A DNA stretch of 64,000 bases from an uncultured Candidatus Saccharibacteria bacterium (GTDB lineage Bacteria; Patescibacteriota; Minisyncoccia; Phycocordibacterales; CSBR16-119): contig CAZPVH010000004.1 in assembly GCA_964589975.1 (NCBI GenBank), positions 10,469-74,468 on the forward strand, written 5' to 3'. Positions 18,929 to 27,736 of the stretch are shown one piece after another. How positions within the stretch are numbered: position 1 is the stretch's first letter; every line of letters starts with the position of its first letter. The notes beneath the pieces are model-generated. The model was not told the DNA's origin and ran no database searches. It saw only the letters and a program-made list of their open reading frames with translations. The position numbers and the translations under genes were made by a program.

Positions 18929-19345
18929 ATGCGTTTCCAGGTTCCCCAATTCATCGACATCGAAGACAAGATCTTCGGACCGTTCACGTTCAAGCAGTTC
19001 GTCTATTTGGCGGGCGGCGCCGGCGCGTCTTACGCCATTTTCAAGCTTTTGCCTATCTACATCTCCGTTTTGCTTATCTTGCCGATCCTTGGAGTCGCCA
19101 TGGCACTTACTTTTTACAAAGTGAACGGCAAGCCGTTCATTGATATCCTCCAAGCCTGGTTCATATACACCTTCAAATCGAAGCTTTTCATCTGGAAGCA
19201 GCGCAAGGTCGAGAAAAAGAAAGAAGTTGTAGAAAAGAAGCCAGAAGCTCATCCAATGTCGAACATTCCAAAGCTTACGGAGTCGCGTCTCTCAGATATT
19301 TCTTGGAGCCTAGATGTCCTAGACATGCAGCAGAAGGATAAATAA
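18929..19345 (+). CDS. PrgI/VirB3-like small membrane protein of Gram-positive-type T4SS
   Basis: 138 aa; FQVPQFIDIEDKIFGPFTFKQFVYLAGGAG plus two TM helices, typical of the PrgI family; TATAAT-N6-ATG promoter. Confidence 0.6.
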   Translation: MRFQVPQFIDIEDKIFGPFTFKQFVYLAGGAGASYAIFKLLPIYISVLLILPILGVAMALTFYKVNGKPFIDILQAWFIYTFKSKLFIWKQRKVEKKKEVVEKKPEAHPMSNIPKLTESRLSDISWSLDVLDMQQKDK

Positions 19346-19351
19346 TTTTTT

Positions 19352-19996
19352 ATGGCACTTAATGCAAGAGCATCACAGCAGTTCGTTCCGATAAAAGAGA
19401 TCCAAGATGGGATCGTCGTTTTGAAAGACGGCGGTCTTCGGGCAATTCTCATGGCTTCTTCCATTAACCTTTCTCTAAAATCGGAGGATGAGCAAACTGC
19501 GACGATCATGCAGTTCCAAAATTTCTTGAATACGCTCGATTTTTCCATACAGATCTCGGTGCAGTCGAGGAAATTCAATATCACAAACTATGTAGCCCTG
19601 CTTGAGGGTCGGGTTAGGGAGCAGACCGAGCCGCTTCTAAAGATTCAAACTGAAGAATATATTAAATTCATTAAGGATTTTACCGAAACGACCAACATTA
19701 TGACCAAGCACTTTTTCTTGGTCATACCCCTAATGCCACTCAAAGGTGCTGACGGTGGTCTAATGGACAAAGTGCTGCCGGCGAATAAAACAATGACGCG
19801 CGCAGAGAAGGAAGAGGCTTTTAGCGAGGAGCGCTCACAACTTGAACAGCGTATTGCCGTTGTTGAACAGGGACTTTCTCGCATTGGCGTCCGAACTCTT
19901 CAGCTCAAAACGGAGGATGAGGTCGAATTGTTTTATCGCGTCTTCAATCCGGGCGACGCCGAAAGTCCGATTGATATAACTAATCAAGACAAATAA
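19352..19996 (+). CDS. VirB4/TrbE-family conjugal-transfer ATPase, N-terminal domain fragment
   Basis: IPIKEIQDGIVVLKDGGLRAILMASSINLSLKSEDEQ is the typical N-terminus of Gram-positive VirB4 (PrgJ/TcpF/Orf16-like). It ends at a TAA in frame with the next ORF. Confidence 0.6.
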   Translation: MALNARASQQFVPIKEIQDGIVVLKDGGLRAILMASSINLSLKSEDEQTATIMQFQNFLNTLDFSIQISVQSRKFNITNYVALLEGRVREQTEPLLKIQTEEYIKFIKDFTETTNIMTKHFFLVIPLMPLKGADGGLMDKVLPANKTMTRAEKEEAFSEERSQLEQRIAVVEQGLSRIGVRTLQLKTEDEVELFYRVFNPGDAESPIDITNQDK

Positions 19997-19999
19997 TTT

Positions 20000-22072
20000 A
20001 TGGGACTTCTAGATCTCCTCTCGGGGAAAAAACCAAAGAATCCGAAGAAAGAAATCCTGCCGGTATTGCCGGAAGAGATTTATCAGGCTGCGACTTTGGA
20101 GCTTCAGGATATTTTGGCGCCGTCGGCTCTTAAAATATCGCCGAAGGCCCTGAATCTCGGCGACAAAATCGCCCGAACGTATTTCGTCATTTCATACCCA
20201 AGGTTCCTATCAGACAATTGGTTCACTCCAATCATAAACCTCGACAAGATCTTCGATATTGCGATCCACATCCATCCCTTGGATACGAACACCATTCTCC
20301 GAAAATTTCAAAAGAAAGTGGCTGAGGTTCAGAGTCAGGTTAATGTTAGAGAATCAAAAGGCCTTGTGCGTGATCCGGTTCTCGATACGGCGTATCAGGA
20401 TCTTGAAGCTCTTCGTGACTCTTTGCAACAGGCTCAAGACAAGATGTTCGACGTTGGACTCTACATCACCATTTACGCGGATTCCATGCCGGAGCTTTCG
20501 AAGATTGAGAATGAAATCAAGTCGATCCTGGAAGCCAAGCTTGTCTATATCAAGCCAGCGCTATTTCAGCAGGATGTTGGTTTCAATAGCGTGGCGCCGC
20601 TTGCGACAGACTTCTTGGCTGTTCATCAGAAGATGAATACCGAGCCTCTTTCATCCATCTTTCCATTCGTCTCTTTCGATCTTTCGTCCGACAAGGGAAT
20701 TCTTTACGGCATAAATCGTCACAACTCTTCTCTGGTTATTTTCGACCGCTTTTCGCTCGAAAACTATAACTCGGTCACGTTTGCCAAGTCCGGTTCGGGT
20801 AAATCATATTCAACCAAACTAGAGATTCTCCGAACGCTCATGTTCGACGCGGAAGTCATCGTGATCGACCCCGAGAGGGAATACGAATATCTCTCTGAGG
20901 CCATTGGTGGCCGGTATTTCAATATTTCGCTCTCGTCCGAACACCACATCAACCCTTTTGATTTGCCTATTCCGACCGCCGATGAGACGCCGGAAGACGT
21001 TCTTCGCGCCAACACTATCCAGCTGGTTGGAATGTTTCGTATCATGCTCGGGGGCCTCACTCCGGAGGAAGACGCGATTATCGACAAGGCTGTGACAGAG
21101 ACCTACGCTCTAAAAGACATCACGTCAGATTCGGATTTTGCAAACATAGAGCCGCCTCTCCTTTCTGATTTCGAAATGGTTCTCGGTGGAATTGAAGGCT
21201 CAGACTCAATCATGACTCGGCTAGCCAAATACACGAAGGGTTCCTGGAAAAATTTCATTAACCAGCCGACAAACGTTGATATTAACAAGCGTTTTATCGT
21301 TTTCTCTGTTCGCGACATGGAAGACGATTTGAAGCCGGTTGCGATGTATATCGTCACGCACTTTATCTGGAACGCCGTCAGGAAGAATCTCAAAAAGCGC
21401 CTGCTTATCGTTGATGAGGCCTGGTGGATGATGAAGAGCGAAGATACTGCTTCCTTCCTTTACAGTATCGCCAAGCGAGGACGAAAATACTTCCTCGGCC
21501 TCTCAACCATCACTCAGGACGTGAATGACTTCGTGGAGAGCCAGTACGGCATGGCTATTGTCACGAACTCTTCGATGCAGCTACTCCTCAAGCAGTCCAC
21601 GAGCTCGGCCGACGCTCTCCAAAAAGTCTTTAACCTGACGGACGAGGAAAAATATCTCCTGCTCGAATCGGAAGTCGGCGAGGGCATCTTCTTTGCGGGC
21701 TTGAAGCATGTTGCCATAAAGGTCATTGCCTCATACACCGAAGATCAGATCATTACTTCGGACCCATCCCAGGTTTTGGCGATCAAGAAGGCTAAAGAGC
21801 AATTCCGAGAAGACGAAAAGGAGTTCGTGCGTACGGAAGGCGAACGTTTGGCAGGGGCCATGAATATTGAAGAAAGGCCAGAACCGACGTCATCTCCGGT
21901 CGAAGAATCGCCGACTAGACCCGCACAAGTTGTGGCTGAGCCAGAAAATCCAATTCCTCCCGCAAAGTCTACGGGGCCGAGGCCTCAGACAGAAACAGAG
22001 AATCTGGCCGAAGAGAGCGAGGGGCTGTCTGACGAGATTGATGATTTGGAGAAGATGTTTAAAGAATATTAG
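20000..22072 (+). CDS. virB4: VirB4/TrbE-family type IV secretion ATPase (ATPase domain)
   Basis: Walker A FAKSGSGKS, Walker B LLIVDEAWWMM, conserved VirB4 C-terminal motifs; acidic C-terminal tail. Confidence 0.85.
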   Translation: MGLLDLLSGKKPKNPKKEILPVLPEEIYQAATLELQDILAPSALKISPKALNLGDKIARTYFVISYPRFLSDNWFTPIINLDKIFDIAIHIHPLDTNTILRKFQKKVAEVQSQVNVRESKGLVRDPVLDTAYQDLEALRDSLQQAQDKMFDVGLYITIYADSMPELSKIENEIKSILEAKLVYIKPALFQQDVGFNSVAPLATDFLAVHQKMNTEPLSSIFPFVSFDLSSDKGILYGINRHNSSLVIFDRFSLENYNSVTFAKSGSGKSYSTKLEILRTLMFDAEVIVIDPEREYEYLSEAIGGRYFNISLSSEHHINPFDLPIPTADETPEDVLRANTIQLVGMFRIMLGGLTPEEDAIIDKAVTETYALKDITSDSDFANIEPPLLSDFEMVLGGIEGSDSIMTRLAKYTKGSWKNFINQPTNVDINKRFIVFSVRDMEDDLKPVAMYIVTHFIWNAVRKNLKKRLLIVDEAWWMMKSEDTASFLYSIAKRGRKYFLGLSTITQDVNDFVESQYGMAIVTNSSMQLLLKQSTSSADALQKVFNLTDEEKYLLLESEVGEGIFFAGLKHVAIKVIASYTEDQIITSDPSQVLAIKKAKEQFREDEKEFVRTEGERLAGAMNIEERPEPTSSPVEESPTRPAQVVAEPENPIPPAKSTGPRPQTETENLAEESEGLSDEIDDLEKMFKEY

Positions 22073-22075
22073 GAA

Positions 22076-22245
22076 GCTCCGCAGAATGCTTATTTAGGAA
22101 TCCTCCGAGATGCGCGCCCTCCATCCCTCGTAGCCCTCGGAATGGAGAAAACTGGCGCGCCCCCTCACGAAAAAGCTCCTAAAAGGGAGCTTTTTCTGCG
22201 GGTTCGTTCTCGGATTCCTAAATAAGCACTCTGCTCCGCGGAGAG
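22076..22245. repeat. MITE-like palindromic intergenic element (family 1, long copy)
   Basis: 21-bp TIR AGAATGCTTATTTAGGAATCC / GGATTCCTAAATAAGCACTCT with nested GC-rich hairpins. Internal CTGCGGGTTCGTTCTCGGATTCC is conserved with the copy at about 43.8 kb. Flanked by direct GCTCCGC on both sides. Confidence 0.5.
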
Positions 22246-22314
22246 CGGAGAGGTCTCAATAGTTTTCCTACTAGCAGCTTATAACTTCGGACTCGGTTTT
22301 GATATAATATTCCC

Positions 22315-22899
22315 ATGAATCAAGACAATACGGACCCGAAGACTATCAACTCTGATGACCAGAATACGATGGCTGATGCGGGCGTCGACATAACCGGCGG
22401 ATCGGGGGAGAATATTGCCGAAGGCGAGAAGGAACAGGCGTCGGAAGTCATGGATATTGATAGTTCGGCAGATGATGCTACGGCTGAAAAGGCCGGCATA
22501 AAGTTCGTCCAAACCGACAAAACTGATTTATCCGCGATGGCTGAGGCCAAGCAGAAAGCAGCATCTGACTCAAGGGCTCTAGAAGCTGAGTTTAAGGCGG
22601 AGTTTCCGGATTTCAAGGGTCCGCTTAAACCAGAATCAGAAAATGCTGTTATGGGTAAAGTAACTTCGCTCGGAACACTCCTTGCTAAAATTCAGGAAAA
22701 GCTTGGCTTAAAGAAGACATCGGTCCGGGAAGAGCTTGGAAGTCTCAAAAAGATGAAGGATGCTATCGGAAAAGACATTGAAGAGATCAAGGAGCTTGAG
22801 AGTTCAGAGCAAAAGATTAAAGAAGAGATTGGCAAAATTGAGTCCATTAGGAAAGAGGTAGAAGATATAGAAGAGAAGCTCGGAGAAGATTTGAAGTAG
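22315..22899 (+). CDS. acidic coiled-coil hypothetical protein
   Basis: 194 aa, very acidic; preceded by the same TGATATAAT-N6-ATGAAT module as the gene at 4612. Confidence 0.55.
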   Translation: MNQDNTDPKTINSDDQNTMADAGVDITGGSGENIAEGEKEQASEVMDIDSSADDATAEKAGIKFVQTDKTDLSAMAEAKQKAASDSRALEAEFKAEFPDFKGPLKPESENAVMGKVTSLGTLLAKIQEKLGLKKTSVREELGSLKKMKDAIGKDIEEIKELESSEQKIKEEIGKIESIRKEVEDIEEKLGEDLK

Positions 22900-22911
22900 C
22901 AGCTATTTAAA

Positions 22912-23892
22912 ATGACAAATCGGGACTTTTATAAAATATTTTTTGTTGCCGTTTTAGTTCTTTTGCCGTTCTTTTCTTACGCCCAGGTACAAGTTGGTCG
23001 TCGCATTACGCTCGTGGCTTCGCCTCAAAGCCCTGGACCTGGAGAGTCGGTTGTCATCACAGTTTCATCCTCTGAAATAAATATAGATCTTTCCAACATC
23101 GAGTGGTCGGTTGACGGTAAGTCGGCCCAAAAAGGCAAGGGGATGAGAAACTTTTCTTTTACCGCTCCTGGAAATGGAAAATCAAGCACCGTGAGTGTTA
23201 AGGTCTCGCCTCCGACCGGTACCACCGCGAACGAGTCAATAACATTCTCGCCGGCTGATATGGATATCATTTGGGAGGCTGAAAATGCATATACCCCTCC
23301 ATTTTATAAAGGAAAGACGCTACCCTTGAAACAGGGCCAAGTAAAGATAGTGGCAATTCCGAACGTTAGGAGTCAAAGTGGAAATATGATGAAACCATCG
23401 GAGTTTGCCTTCAGCTGGAAGAAAGACGGCCAAAATATGCAGGGCCAGTCTGGCTTCGGCAAGACTAGCTTCTCGTACATGAGTCAGCTTCTTGAAGAGA
23501 CCAATAGGATTGATGTCTTGGCTTCTAACGGCTTGAAACAGGTTGGCGGAGGAATCATTATTTCATATTTCGAGCCAGACTTCGTATTTTATGAAGTAGA
23601 TACATTGCTTGGACCCAAATACCAAAGTGCGCTTCGTGATGGTTTTCGTCCTGAAAAATCGCAGTTAACGCTTGTTGCGGAGCCTTATTTCTTGCCAGCG
23701 AATTGGCAAATAGACCCAGGAACTACTTTTGAGTGGAAAGTAAATAATCAAAAAGTGGGCCCGAAAACGAAGAATACATTGGCTGTAAATGCTGCCTCTC
23801 AGACTAGTAGCTTCAATGTGAGTGTTACATATAATGAGGCTAAGAAACTTTTTCGCAAATTCTCCGAGACAATCAGCATAAATCCTAAATAA
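22912..23892 (+). CDS. secreted hypothetical protein
   Basis: 326 aa with a signal peptide (LLPFFSYAQ). Confidence 0.55.
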   Translation: MTNRDFYKIFFVAVLVLLPFFSYAQVQVGRRITLVASPQSPGPGESVVITVSSSEINIDLSNIEWSVDGKSAQKGKGMRNFSFTAPGNGKSSTVSVKVSPPTGTTANESITFSPADMDIIWEAENAYTPPFYKGKTLPLKQGQVKIVAIPNVRSQSGNMMKPSEFAFSWKKDGQNMQGQSGFGKTSFSYMSQLLEETNRIDVLASNGLKQVGGGIIISYFEPDFVFYEVDTLLGPKYQSALRDGFRPEKSQLTLVAEPYFLPANWQIDPGTTFEWKVNNQKVGPKTKNTLAVNAASQTSSFNVSVTYNEAKKLFRKFSETISINPK

Positions 23893-23893
23893 T

Positions 23894-25393
23894 ATGAGCA
23901 GATCTGCATACAAAAAAATAATTACAGTCGCATTCTTTTTCACCATCGCGGTTGTTTTTATGCCGAGCAAGGCAGACGCAGCGTGTGCAGTTAGTAGTGT
24001 TGCAATGCGTCCGAATGGTGTTCAGCCGACTCAGACAGGCGACACAGATCCGCCAACTCCGGATGATTTTCCAGGACCTAACAATCCGTATAGGAATGAG
24101 AATACGGGTTACGGGAATGAGGGTTATAATGACGACAATCCAAACTTTCCACCGTTTGTGTATGCGGATGTTAGTACCTCTGGCTGTACAAATGATTCTT
24201 TAATTTTTTCGGTAAAGACTCACGTCGAGGCTACTGACGGCGTTGAGGCAGTCCTAGAAGAGATTGTTGTCGTAACGACAAATTCCGATTACGTGTATAT
24301 GCCTGGCCATACGGCCCACAGTAGCTCTTTTACAGTAGCTTACCGCGCGGGTGATCGTTACTGTACAGCTGAAGATTCGGTTTTTGATTGTCAGATATTT
24401 CTTGAGATAAAAAACTCCGATGGTCAACTTTTGTTTTCAAAAGGCACCGCTCAACAGCCAACTCTTTTGTATGAATGTGAATTACCCTGCGGACCCACCG
24501 GCGCAAATTGGCTTTTTGTCGGAGTTCAGGATTTTGGAGTCTCGCTCGACGCGCCGATGGGTGTTGATTTAGGAGACTTTGATTACTTCACTGAGGGGTA
24601 CGACCAGTATCTGGCTCCGTTACCAGGATTCACTGCAACGACCACATCAACCCTAGGCGGTTTTCTGAAAGGTCTTTTCACCGTCCTCGTCATGGTCGCC
24701 GGCATACTGGCATTTATTATGCTTGTGCTTGGTGGTATTACTTATGCGACCGCCGACGCGATCAGCGGGAAAACCAGTGGCAAGGAAATGATGCTAAATG
24801 CGGTCTTGGGACTCATTATCGCTCTTGGAGCATGGGTGATTCTAAACAGCATAAATCCGAACCTGGCTTCAAACCTCTCGATAACCATTCCGAAAGCGAA
24901 CTTCATTCCACGTTACGAGCCTGAAACCGGAGTTGGTGAAAACGTTGAGACGATCACTCTGAACCTTGTTGGCGGCGGCACCACAACCATGACAGCCTGC
25001 GACGAAACGAAAATTGTGCCCATAACAGCCTTTGGTAAGACTTTCCGAATACATCAGGGCCTTGTTACAAATATTCAGGCTGTCGAACAGCAGTGGCTTG
25101 CTATGCCAGAAGATCAGCGCTATAAGATAACCTCGATCGGCGGTTATAATTGTCGAAAGGTTAAAGGTACTCAAACATGGTCGAGTCATGCTTTCGGTAC
25201 TGCAGTTGATATAAATCCGAACAAAAATCCTTTTACCAGCGGACCATTGGTAACCGATATGCCGCCAAGCTTTGTTCAGCTCTGGACAAGTCATGGGTGG
25301 GGCTGGGGAGGAGGTTGGGATAGTGTGAAAGACGCTATGCACTTCAGTAAATATCCGACAGCCGAAGATGGAGACGCTACAATTTCACCATAA
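23894..25393 (+). CDS. membrane-anchored peptidoglycan hydrolase, peptidase M15 (VanY/L-Ala-D-Glu peptidase-like) domain
   Basis: Signal peptide, long central hydrophobic segment, C-terminal SSHAFGTAVDINPN...DAMHFS zinc-binding H-x6-D...H motifs; functional analogue of VirB1/PrgK/TcpG. Confidence 0.65.
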   Translation: MSRSAYKKIITVAFFFTIAVVFMPSKADAACAVSSVAMRPNGVQPTQTGDTDPPTPDDFPGPNNPYRNENTGYGNEGYNDDNPNFPPFVYADVSTSGCTNDSLIFSVKTHVEATDGVEAVLEEIVVVTTNSDYVYMPGHTAHSSSFTVAYRAGDRYCTAEDSVFDCQIFLEIKNSDGQLLFSKGTAQQPTLLYECELPCGPTGANWLFVGVQDFGVSLDAPMGVDLGDFDYFTEGYDQYLAPLPGFTATTTSTLGGFLKGLFTVLVMVAGILAFIMLVLGGITYATADAISGKTSGKEMMLNAVLGLIIALGAWVILNSINPNLASNLSITIPKANFIPRYEPETGVGENVETITLNLVGGGTTTMTACDETKIVPITAFGKTFRIHQGLVTNIQAVEQQWLAMPEDQRYKITSIGGYNCRKVKGTQTWSSHAFGTAVDINPNKNPFTSGPLVTDMPPSFVQLWTSHGWGWGGGWDSVKDAMHFSKYPTAEDGDATISP

Positions 25394-27031
25394 TTGTTTA
25401 TGAGAAACTCAAAAGCATTCAAAATTCTAGCTTTCATCGCGCTCTTCCTCCTCATTATCTTTTCTTGGATTCTCTGGAAAGACGCGCAGGAAAAGAAAAT
25501 TCGCGAGACGCCTCGCAATTCCGGTATCGAGGACCCGTTTGGGGCAGGGGCGGTGGATACAGAGCTCCCAAGCTCCGGCAGCGCTAATCAAGGTACGGGT
25601 ACTACCGGCGGCCAGGATATTCCTGTCTCAAATCCGGTTCCTGATCAGTCGGTAACGGTCGTCGAAGATAGTCCTGCTCTCAGGCAGATTTCTGACAAGC
25701 CGGTTGCCGGCGCTACATTTGTCGTAGAAGAGCGAATAATTCCGGAAGAAGAGAGCGCAACGCCTGCCACAGGACTTATTGAGGTTTATGATTTCTCGGG
25801 GTATAAGACTATCCGTTTTGGTGACAAGGCTGATGAAATTATTGCCATCAAGACCGTACTCAATCGTCAAACGCCTTCGCCGGGACTTACAATAAACAAT
25901 GATTACGATACCGACATGAAGAACGCGACTGTCGATTTTCAGAATAGGTCTGGGTTGCCGGGAGATGGTGTGATTGGCCCGAAGACTTATCAGAAGCTCA
26001 ATTTGCTTCAGGGTATTACCGCTTTTACTTCCACAAAAAAGCCGGCTAACAAGGAATTTGTTCTGATGGCTCGGTTCGTCGATTCCGTAAGCGGCACAGT
26101 TCACGATAGAGCGGTTAGGAAAATGGAAGAAGAGAAAGCCGTGACGAAAACGAGCGTGCCGCGCGTAGTAGAAGCATTCTTTGATTCGACCGGCACAAAT
26201 ATCATCATGCGCTATCTCAAAGATAATATTATCGAAACATATCTCGCTAAACTTACTTTTCCAAAGATTGATCCAAACCTGACTCAAGAAGAGAAGGATA
26301 AGGTGTCTAAAGCCGCTCAAGTTTCCGGAGAGTTTCTTCCGGAAAACATCGAGACGGTTTCCATCTCGCGCGACAAGAAAAGCTTTTTCTATCTGAACCC
26401 TGTGGCGGGCGGTGTGGCCGGTATCACTTATAATTTTGCGACCAAAGCGAAGAAGCAAATTTTTGAAAGCCCTCTTTCAGAGTGGCTGGCTGATTGGGGA
26501 AGCGATGGAAAGATTTCTCTTACTACAAAGGCTTCAGGCTTAGTTCCAGGGTACTCGTATACTATAGATTCAAAGGTCGGTACCATGGCTAGACTTATCG
26601 GCGGCGAAAAAGGCCTGATGACACTTCTCTCGCCTGATGGTAAAAAACTACTTTACTCGACATTTGTGAACTCAAGTATTGAGACATTTATTTATGACCT
26701 TGCCGCTGGAAAATCAACAGGTATATCTCCGGCGGCGCTGCCAGAGAAGTGTGTATGGTCCAAGGATTCTAAAAATGTTTACTGCCTTGCGCCGATCAAG
26801 GCTATGTCCGGAAACATGCCTGACGATTGGTATAAGGGCAAGGTAACGTTTGACGATGCGCTCTGGGTCACGGATCTCATAAACTATAACGGCAACATTA
26901 TCTATGATTTCAAGGCGAAGTCCGGCCAAGGAATCGATGCTGTAAATCCAGTCATGAATGCAACGGAAGATTACATTCTATTCAAGAATAGGAAAGACGG
27001 GACGCTTTGGGGGTACGACTTGAATAAGTGA
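25394..27031 (+). CDS. membrane-anchored protein with peptidoglycan-binding domain and TolB-like beta-propeller region
   Basis: N-terminal TM helix; PG_binding_1-like motif DFQNRSGLPGDGVIGPKTYQKL; SPDGKKLLYS-type propeller repeats. Confidence 0.55.
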   Translation: MFMRNSKAFKILAFIALFLLIIFSWILWKDAQEKKIRETPRNSGIEDPFGAGAVDTELPSSGSANQGTGTTGGQDIPVSNPVPDQSVTVVEDSPALRQISDKPVAGATFVVEERIIPEEESATPATGLIEVYDFSGYKTIRFGDKADEIIAIKTVLNRQTPSPGLTINNDYDTDMKNATVDFQNRSGLPGDGVIGPKTYQKLNLLQGITAFTSTKKPANKEFVLMARFVDSVSGTVHDRAVRKMEEEKAVTKTSVPRVVEAFFDSTGTNIIMRYLKDNIIETYLAKLTFPKIDPNLTQEEKDKVSKAAQVSGEFLPENIETVSISRDKKSFFYLNPVAGGVAGITYNFATKAKKQIFESPLSEWLADWGSDGKISLTTKASGLVPGYSYTIDSKVGTMARLIGGEKGLMTLLSPDGKKLLYSTFVNSSIETFIYDLAAGKSTGISPAALPEKCVWSKDSKNVYCLAPIKAMSGNMPDDWYKGKVTFDDALWVTDLINYNGNIIYDFKAKSGQGIDAVNPVMNATEDYILFKNRKDGTLWGYDLNK

Positions 27032-27109
27032 TTAGATTCTATTGGTTAGAGAAAAAACGAGCCGACAGGCTCGTTTTTTCTCCATAAGTTATTAACTGAT
27101 CAACAGAAG

Positions 27110-27700
27110 CTACTTTTTCGTTTCAGGTTTCGTCATGATTTTGTCGACGACACCGTATTTTTTGGCCTCGTCAGCATCCATCCAGTAGTCACGGTCGACG
27201 TCTTTCTCGATCCGTTCGACTTTCTGTCCAGTGACTTTCGAGAGCATCCGATTAAGCTTGTCTTTAATTTTAAGAATATTCTGTGCTGTAATGGCAATGT
27301 CTGAGGCCTGGCCGGAAATACCGCCGAGAGGCTGGTGGATCATTACTTCGGCGTTAGGGAGAGCATAGCGCTTGCCTTTCTGTCCATGAGCCAGGAGGAG
27401 GGCTGCGCCTGAAGCCGCGATGCCGACACAGATCGTAGAGACATCAGGCTTCACGTGATTCATGGCGTCTATCATGGCCATGGTGCCGGAGACAGCTCCG
27501 CCCGGTGAATTTATGTAGAGGTAAATATCTTTCTTTGGGTCTTCAGATTCAAGAAAAAGAAGCTGGGCGATGATGGTGTTCGCTGTGCGGTCGTCGATCT
27601 CTCCGGTCAAGAAGATAATACGTTCGCGAAGAAGGCGAGAGTAAATATCGTACGCTCGCTCGCCGAATTGGGATTTTTCGATGACGGTTGGGATTAGCAT
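27110..27700 (-). CDS. clpP: ATP-dependent Clp protease proteolytic subunit
   Basis: Ser-His-Asp triad context [11 protein letters not shown] ... MIHQPLGG; full-length, 196 aa. Confidence 0.9.
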   Translation of the reverse strand: MLIPTVIEKSQFGERAYDIYSRLLRERIIFLTGEIDDRTANTIIAQLLFLESEDPKKDIYLYINSPGGAVSGTMAMIDAMNHVKPDVSTICVGIAASGAALLLAHGQKGKRYALPNAEVMIHQPLGGISGQASDIAITAQNILKIKDKLNRMLSKVTGQKVERIEKDVDRDYWMDADEAKKYGVVDKIMTKPETKK

Positions 27701-27736
27701 GTTGAGTGAATTAGATGATAATGGTTACAGTTTACA

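Noticed and set aside
21867-22097. 76-aa basic ORF overlapping the VirB4 3' end and the repeat element.
   Set aside because: It is an out-of-frame overlap of a strongly supported gene. Its Arg-rich composition is a frame artefact of the acidic GAA/GAG-rich VirB4 tail.
22021-22320. Apparent 9-nt tandem duplication GAGCGAGGA (extra Ser-Glu-Glu) in the printed sequence at the 3' end of virB4, relative to the protein in the ORF track, with compensating offsets before 22315.
   Set aside because: It cannot be resolved from the data given and is probably a formatting or track inconsistency. ORF-track coordinates are used for genes, and repeat-element coordinates here are approximate to about 10 nt.
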